A stretch of 64,000 nucleotides of DNA from Azolla caroliniana (taxonomy: Eukaryota > Plantae > Polypodiophyta), in contig JBHGNT010000015.1 of assembly GCA_043228905.1 (NCBI GenBank), positions 15,066,001 to 15,130,000 on the forward strand, read 5' to 3'. Positions within the stretch are counted from its first letter, which is position 1, and every line of letters starts with the position of its first letter. This document shows positions 1 through 8,000 of the stretch, piece by piece. A program made the position numbers and the translations under genes. The notes beneath the pieces are model-generated. The model was not told where the DNA came from. It saw only the letters and a list, made by a program, of their open reading frames with translations, and did no database searches.

Positions 1-1279
1 CTTCCCCACCACTTTCCGTCTCTTGGGTCTCATGTTGGCTCTCGGACGCAACTGCCCAAGTCTCTAGATCAAGTGTTGGGAAAGTCTCGACACGGTCATC
101 CGTCGTGAACTCTTCCTTAGCCATCTGCGACTTGATGTCATTTCTCGTGGCTACCGCCTCAATCATGTCGACCTCGCACTCTTTACATCCCTTGATCACG
201 CAAGCTTCCCTCATGCTTGCACCTTCATTACTCGATATTTCGGACACAACATGTGTTCTGAAATGCTCGTCCACTCTTAAAGCAGCATTTCCCGCTCTCG
301 AGTCTTCAGCCCTTCTCTCGACCGTCGTTCCTCCATAAGTCGAGAAGGTGGCTTGTTTCACACCTTCTCCCATGGTACTGTCATACCAAACCTGGGCCTT
401 CGTATTGGCTGCACCATTAGTCTGCATTTGTCGGGAGGTCTCCTCTTTGTCGATCACCATTTTCCTCGGTTTTGTTTTCAGCTTCTCTTGAACCTCGACT
501 TGTGCCTTTAAGTTCATTATTGCCTCTCTCATCAAGGCTTCTATGTTGAGTTCTTTCAAAGCTTCCCTCTTCGAGCTTTCTTCCTTCAGTGGGTTTTTAT
601 TGCCACATCCCATTCTCCTTTGAACATCCCTTGTGGGTCGTGTTGTTGTCGATGAGAGTCTCATCTCCTTCTTATCGTGTTGTCGGCATACCCTTTCTAC
701 TTTGGCCCAATCCTCAGTGAGGCCATTTTCACCATTGTCATCCTCAAGTTGGATTCCAATGGTCTTCCTTTCATTCCGATCGATTGACTTTACAAACATC
801 AGAACTTTATTCACCCCCACCAATCTTCGATCCCGGTCCGAGAGTTGAGCGAAGCGATACTCAAACTCAACGAATGCATGCATAGCACTCTGGTGGGTCT
901 TTCTCGATGACACCCATTCGTGAAACTCATACAGACCTCGTCCCTTTTGCTCTTCGTAACCATATGACTCTCGTAAAGCTTCTTTGAAGGACACCCACGA
1001 ATCGTGAGTTTTTTGAATCTCTTTAATCTCTTCGAAGATTGGTTCGGCCACCACTCGACAAAAGTACTCCAGCCTCATTGCTTCCTCCACTCCTCTTGAA
1101 TCCATTTCGGCATTGTAGGCCTTTAGAAATTTTTGGACTTTGCCTCCATCGAAAAACCCGACTCGCTTGATCATGCTTTCGACGGCTTGTTGGGCCGCAT
1201 GTCGTGTTTTCCCTTCTCTTGAAAACTCCATCATCATCTTTGACATTGCCTTCATTAGATATTCCTCGTCCAGCTTCAT
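1..1279 (-). CDS. gag: Ty3/gypsy Gag (partial, runs off left edge)
   Basis: ATG at 1279 just after the PBS. Translation MKLDEEYLMK...VGFFDGGKVQKFLKAYNAEM...LMFVKSIDRNER...LTEDWAKVERVC aligns with the Gag at 53420-54865 (DRFSGKDATKYLASYGAEM...LLFVRSVDERDR...LTTDWAAVKRVC). No minus-strand ORF is listed here, consistent with no stop inside the window. Confidence 0.85.
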   Translation of the reverse strand, partial: MKLDEEYLMKAMSKMMMEFSREGKTRHAAQQAVESMIKRVGFFDGGKVQKFLKAYNAEMDSRGVEEAMRLEYFCRVVAEPIFEEIKEIQKTHDSWVSFKEALRESYGYEEQKGRGLYEFHEWVSSRKTHQSAMHAFVEFEYRFAQLSDRDRRLVGVNKVLMFVKSIDRNERKTIGIQLEDDNGENGLTEDWAKVERVCRQHDKKEMRLSSTTTRPTRDVQRRMGCGNKNPLKEESSKREALKELNIEALMREAIMNLKAQVEVQEKLKTKPRKMVIDKEETSRQMQTNGAANTKAQVWYDSTMGEGVKQATFSTYGGTTVERRAEDSRAGNAALRVDEHFRTHVVSEISSNEGASMREACVIKGCKECEVDMIEAVATRNDIKSQMAKEEFTTDDRVETFPTLDLETWAVASESQHETQETESGGE

Positions 1280-1294
1280 CCTCCCCTACCGCTC

Positions 1295-1312
1295 TTCACG
1301 TCGGGTTCACCA
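1295..1312 (-). promoter_or_regulatory. Primer binding site complementary to tRNA-Trp
   Basis: The + strand TTCACGTCGGGTTCACCA matches the 3' 18 nt of plant cytosolic tRNA-Trp(CCA) as I recall it; lies 4 nt from the LTR end; identical to 54888-54905. Confidence 0.85.
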
Positions 1313-1316
1313 AAAA

Positions 1317-1979
1317 TGTCGCGAAGATGCGCGTGTGAGCGTGCTTCGCTTGAGCGGGACCACCGGGGTCTTGGACCAAGGAGGATGTCCGTCAAGGTAT
1401 TGAGAAGAGGACGATGTGAATGTAAGATTGGAGGAAGACCTATTACACTTGAGAAGATTGAAGATTGTACACTTTCAGAAGTAGATAAATAATTACAAGA
1501 TAGATGCGAAGAAGAAGAAATAGAAGCTTATATTATTGATGGTGATGATGATGGTCATATCATATTGAGCCCCTCCTTACACAAGCCGTACTAGGGGTTT
1601 TATAGGTTTGTCCATGCACAAAACCATGGGCTTGGAGCCATGGTTTCTGTGCACACAGTTTTGCTTTGTGACATGCAGGAAACCATGGGCTTAAAACCGT
1701 GGTTTTGTGTACACGGTTTTGTTCGTTTGTTTCCTACAGAATACTGAATATGAGAAAGAAATATAGAACATCTAAAGCACTTAGTAGTAGCTTTAGTGGT
1801 AAGGTAATTGCCTCTTACCTTAGGGGTGCAAGGTTCAAATCCTACTTGCAACCCTCTACATGCACTCAATGCCATTGTGACCTAGGTTTATTTATTTTCA
1901 TTTTTACAAGTATTCGTGAAATGTGTGTGGATCCTCAATTTTTGAGTTTTTCTCGCACTAGACATGCCACATCACGACA
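1317..1979 (-). mobile_element. 5' LTR of the Trp-primed gypsy element
   Basis: Begins TGTCGCG next to the PBS and ends ATCACGACA at 1979, like the CTTCACGACA end of the 43101/54909 LTRs. TATA-like CTATAAAA on the minus strand near 1598-1605. The partner LTR is outside the window, so the distal boundary is inferred. Confidence 0.7.
1787..1850 (+). other. Degenerate tRNA-like segment (Pol III A and B boxes) within the LTR
   Basis: GTAGCTTTAGTGGTAAGG (A box/D arm) followed at tRNA spacing by GGTTCAAATCC (B box/T arm). The acceptor stem does not pair. Confidence 0.45.
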
Positions 1980-4489
1980 ACGGTTTACTTAAGAATGAGG
2001 TGATAGCCACCATACAAGAGGAGTTGACCCAAGAAGGAGAGCACAGTGGTCTTAAGAATGAGGTGACTATGACCAGCCAAGAGTTCGCCAAGAGTATTGT
2101 TGTAGCCCACATACATGAGCCTAATTGTACTGAGACTGAGCACACTAGCAACAACACTAGTACTAAAATAGCCCACATTCAGGAGATGAGTGATAATTTT
2201 TCTATCGACAGTACCTTTGTGGATGTGTGTACAAGCATTGCAGTTGTAGAAAACACAGATGCTCTCTCAAGCTTGCCACTAGTACAAGGTGCCCGTGCAT
2301 CCACGCCTGTCTCTGATGCCTCTGATAATGAAGTGTCACTTAGTTAGTTGATACCTAAAGGCTTTAAGATAAAGAAGAATGTAAAATCAGAAAAAACTGG
2401 CACCAACAACAAGCGCATTACAAGATCAGCCAAATTGCCCTCTAGTGCCTGATTGTCTTTCGATTGTACTTGAACTTTAGTTGAACTGTTAGTGATGTGA
2501 GAAATTGAACTATTTGGTATACCAAAATACTGTATCATTTATCTGAAACAGTTATACCAGTGTCTTTCGATTGTCTTTCGATTGTACTTGAACTTTAGCT
2601 GAACTGTTAGTGATGTCTAAAATTGAACTATTTGGTATACCAAAATCTAGTAGTTATACCAGTGTGAAATTCTATATTGCCAATTGCAGAGAATGAAAAT
2701 GTATTCTATTGTTAACTCTTGTAGTGTAATCTGAATTTCTATATTGCTAATTCTGAAATGATCTTTGGTGAGAGAGGTACGAATTTATCACACTCCCAGG
2801 TACACTCCCATGCAGCCATGATTGTGTTGATTACAAATAAAATTCTATATTGTTAATTGAGATGTTATATACAGTTCATTATACCAGATGAAGATTTAGA
2901 AGACTGGTATATACTATCATGCAACCGAACTTTACATCAGATGTATGTATCTGTCTAACTGAGATACTTTGGGAGACCACTATGTATTACTTAATACTTG
3001 CAATTGACATTGGGAGACTGTTATGTATTACTTAATACTTGCAATTGACATTAGTACTAAACTAATATGTATATTGATACTTGCGTTAGTACTAATATGT
3101 ATATTGATACTTGCGTTAGTACTAATATGTATATTGATACTTCGAAGTATGGTCTCCTTGAGTGCACATGGTTAGAGTTGAATAATGACTTGAGTGCACA
3201 CAATAGAGACTTGATAGTCGAATAAGTTTGGGCCATATTTAGGCTACTAAGTATTCAAGACTTCACACCTTAAACCATAGAAACAAGCAACTCTATAATT
3301 ACTATAAACACTGACAATACAGAAGTATTGAAGACTTCACACCTTAAACCATGGAAATAAGCAACTCTATAATTACCATAGACACTTACAATACAAGCTC
3401 AATAAATAGTCTCAATACATCAAATATAGATTCGACTCATAATACATAATAGAAGAAAGGCATTATATCGATTCATTTGTCAATCATCAAAATTAATATA
3501 TCAATACATCAAATAGTGAACTACAAGTGGATGTTTTTCAGTTTTCTGGTACAATGTATTGATAGGGTGACTTTCAAGCATTAAATAGAGAGACCTCCCC
3601 TAATATGTGCTCATGAACCTCTTGGGGGACCTTGTAGACAATGTTGTATCCCTTAACCTTGTGCTTTGCTTGAGTCATATTGAATTTGATCGCAAGAATG
3701 GCATCAGCGTAGATTATTGCGATCGGTGCTTCTTTTACTAATGTATATGTGTTCTTGCACTGCGGCAACTTTGCATAATAGTTTCCATACACGACAGACT
3801 CACCAAGGTTGAAATTGTTGCCCCAGCCATCCCTCACCACTTCTTTCAATAATGTCTTGCCTTGCTTGCACACCACAATGTAGTAGTCTTCTAAATCTTC
3901 ATTCTGAGGAGATTTGAGCACTGCAAAATGATCTCCAACTTCCAATAAAACTGCCAAGTCTTGATGTTGGTTGTAGTATACAATATCGTTTGAATGCGCA
4001 TCCTCTTCAATATCATATTGTCGTTCAGGCTCAAGCTTCTGCAGATTCTAGGGCTCGACGATTGATAGGTTGATGCATTTATCCCAAGCTTAATCTATAC
4101 ACATGAAACAAAAGCATGATAAAGTACGGAGTAACAATTGTGTTGTGTCCTTGCGGCTGAACCCTAATACACAACAGGTGTTGCGTGTGCCTTTCATGGT
4201 TTTACAACCATATGATTTAGTTCTATCAACCTCATCAGCGCGAACTTCAACAAACAATCTGTTCTTACCATCATTTGAAATCTTCCATGTTAGCCACTGC
4301 ACAACATCATGTGCATTTTGTAACTTAGCACCATTATTATCCAACTGCTCACTTGTAAGGGCACGTTTGATCACAGCCCCCGCGCCATCATGCTCTCCTT
4401 TTCCATGTCCAGAGCCGAAGTAGTTCCATTGCATACGAATGTTGAATAAGGAGAAATACTTGCTTTTGTATCTCAGGTTTCCAACAAAT

Positions 4490-5031
4490 TTAGTACTATG
4501 TTGTCAATCGAGAGTATTACACATCCATTAATATTGATTTAGTACAAATACAAAACAAAGCATAGCACAACGTATCCATTGAGAACACTCTACACTTATT
4601 AAAAGATAAATAGTACTATTTTGTCAACCATGTGAACTTGGCATCCATTAATACTAATTTAGTATGGATAGAGCACAAAGCATAGTACAATGAATTCATG
4701 GAAAGCACTCTACATGAATTAACATATAAATAGTACAAACTCTTAAATATCAGATAGTACTATGTTGCTGACGACGAGTACTTTACATTCATTAATACTG
4801 ATTTAGTACAGATACAATACACAATACAGTACAATGTGTCCACGGAGAACACAACCCTCCTTAGAAGATAATTAGTACTACAACACATGTACTTTACATC
4901 CCCCAATAAACACTGATTTAGTATAGATACAACACATAGTACAATACAGTGTGTTCATGGAGAACACTCAGCATGGATTAATAGATAAATAGTACGAACT
5001 CTTCAATATAAGACAATACTATGAGTACAAG
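4490..5031. repeat. Left part of ~147-bp intronic tandem array
   Basis: GGAGAACAC-type anchor recurs near 4560, 4700, 4844 and 4959; AGTAC-rich units homologous to 10999-11990. Confidence 0.85.
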
Positions 5032-5036
5032 ACATG

Positions 5037-8000
5037 TGTTGAGCGGCAAGCTCAACCGGAGCCGGATCGGCTGAATAAGCCGGAGCCGGTAAGCGAGACG
5101 GATCGGGCGAAACGGATCGGTATGACGGTGAGCAACCGAACCGGCAAGCAGTGGAGGCCGGGTGCAATCCGTAACCGAAAGTCCAATCGGAAGCCTAGTA
5201 TAGGATAGACTACTAGGTAGCTATAGTCTCGTAGTAAGTGTCAGATGCTCGTGTGAGCATTGAAGTACATGGTACTTCTGTCAGTCCCAAGAGGACTTGT
5301 ATAAATAGTGCTACTTAGCACAGTGTGTGTACAGAGTCGTGATATAATTTTGAAATTGTGTTCTGCTCTCTCTGTCTCTCTCGCTCGCTCTCTCTCCCTC
5401 TCTGTGTGTTGTTCTCTGTTTTACGCTTCCGCAAACACTTACGTTTACATGGTATCAGAGCGCGAGGGTTGAGAACCTCTGCTGCAGACATTTACTCTTG
5501 TGCAGAAAACCCTAACAGGTCGAAAACAGACACAGTAGAAGACATGGATAGAGGCATGGCTACGTCGCTCCCGGTGGAGAAGCTCGACAGGAGCAACTAC
5601 GCATCCTGGTCTTACAAGATGCACCAGTACCTGCTTGGACAGGGGTACTGGAGTTATGTCGAAGGAGCGAATGATGCGGCGCCAGACTCGGCACACAAGG
5701 ACTTCCCGGTATGGGAACAGGCGGCAAGCAGGGTGATGTACTGCTTCGCGTCCAGTGTCGGCGATCAGCTGCTCAACCACATCTGTGACGCCAAGACACC
5801 GAAGGATGCTTGGGGGAACCTGAAAAAGGTTTTCGCTGCAAGCACCACTGCCCGGAAGCTGCAACTCAGACATGAGTTGAGCAATGTTCGACAGAAGAAC
5901 ATGTTTGTGGCAGACTACACGGGCCGGATAAAGGAGATCTGCGACTCGCTCGCCTCTATCAATGTTACCGTAGAGGAAGACGAGATGGTGCAGGTATGTC
6001 TCGGAGGCCTGGCGTCCAAGTTCGGAGCGTTCCGGACTGCGGTGTGTACAAGGGAGAATACCCCCTCATTCTTCGACTTACAGTCGATGCTTCTTGTAGA
6101 GGAGAACCACGCCGGTGCATCTAACAGTGCATCCCCGGGCAGCCAAATGTTGTACACGGGAATGGATCGGCTCTGTGGGCGTGGTGGAAGAGGTGGGTCG
6201 GCACGCAATGGAGGCGGACGGCAAGAGCAGGAACGGAGGCACTATGAGCGTGCCGACAGCAGTTCCGGGACTTCCACAAGCAGGGGGAGTCAAGGCGGTG
6301 CCGGAGGCCGGCAAGACAAATCCGCTACAGAATGCTGGTACTGTGGCAAAAAAGGCCACAGGGAAAGCAAGTGCTGGAGAAAGCGTTCCGATTCGGACAA
6401 ATCCGGATCCATCAAGACCGGTAAGGATGGCCGGCAAAACTCGCACTATGCAAACGGATCAGGAGGATCCGGAACCGGAAAGGCCGGTAAGGGGCCAGCC
6501 TTGGTGATGAATCACAAGGCAAACTCAATGAAGAAGACCACTTCCAAAACGGAGGAAGTGTGGTATGTTGATTCCGGCGCGTCGAACCACATGACGAGCC
6601 ACAAAGAGTGGTTCTCCTTTCTGGAGAAACCGGATCAACCAAGAGTAGTCGAAACCGGAGACGACACTCCTCACCGAATCGTGCACGTCGGAGAAGTCCC
6701 TCTAAGCCACGTCGGACAGAAAGGGAAGCTGATGAACGTATTACACATTCTCACAATCACGAAGAGCCTGGTGTCCGTCGGTCAGATTGTCGACCAGGGG
6801 ATGCAGGTGCGGTTTACGCACCTCGGGTGCTTCATTGAGGATGAGGGCGAAGTCATTGCACAAGGGCGCAGAGACGGGAGGATGTTTATCCTCAACACCA
6901 ATGACTTTGGCACCGCTCTGTTCACGAAACAACAGAAGGTCGAGTCGGACATTGACCTGTGGCACAAGCGGATAGGCCACGTCAACTACCGAAGGCTTCA
7001 AGACCTGCAAACGAAACAAGTCATTTTCGGTTTGCCGAAGTTCAGCGGCCGGAGAGCTGAAATTTGTGAAGCCTGCCAACTTGGGAAGCAACATCGGCTT
7101 CCATTCCCCGCCGAACAGAACCGGAGCCGTAACAAGCTCGATCTCATCCATTCGGATGTGTGGGGACCGGCACAAAGTGTAAGCCTTGGCGGGAGCCGAT
7201 ACTTCGTCTCCTTCATCGACGACTATACTCGACATACTTGGATCTACCTTGTTGAGCGGAAGAGCGAAGTATTCGACTGTTTCCGGAGCCTCCAGAAGAT
7301 GGTAGAACGGGAATCGGAGAGGAAGATCAAGTGCCTTCGGTCGAATGGCGGAAAGGAATATTTTTCCGGCCAATTCACTAGTTATCTGCAGCAGAAGGGA
7401 ATTCGGCGAGAGTTCAGTTGCAAATACACACCGGAGCAAAACGGTGTGGCCGAAAGGAAGAACCGGACACTCGTCGAAGCAGCAAGGGCAATGCCCCGGT
7501 TCTACTGGGCGGAGGCGGTCCAGACGGCCGTCTACATACAAAACCGCATTGGTGACAAGGTGTCAACTCATGAGCTGTATTTCGGGCGCAAGCCGAACTT
7601 AAGACACCTTCGGATATTCGGCAGCATAGCGTATGTGCATGTGCCGGATCAGAAGCGGAGAAAGTTGGATGCAAAATCGGAAAAATGCATCCTAGTCGGC
7701 TATGCTCAAGAGCAAAAGGGGTATAAGTGCTATAACCCCCCGACAAAGGAAGTCCGAGTTAGCCGGGATGTCGAGTTCGATGAATCGGCATCCTGGTACT
7801 CCATATCGACTCCGACTTCCGATCCTGACCCAATGCCGGAAGATCAGGCCAGTGAGCCTGAATCAGCCCTGGCAGAGGATGATGAAGCCAGGACTCACGA
7901 TGAGAGTCCGGAATCGTTACGGTTGAGTGGACTGAACGAGCGACTGAGTCGGTTGGACCAGTCGGATGAAGAGACGGCAAGTGGTGGAGACTCTGCCGTG

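Noticed and set aside
1590-1660. Helitron 3' end (hairpin plus CTAG|T on the minus strand)
   Set aside because: The CTAG sits beside the LTR TATA-like box and the LTR plausibly continues to 1979; no Helitron 5' end or RepHel sequence was seen.
1787-1850. Functional tRNA gene
   Set aside because: Acceptor and anticodon stems do not form; kept only as a tRNA-like segment.
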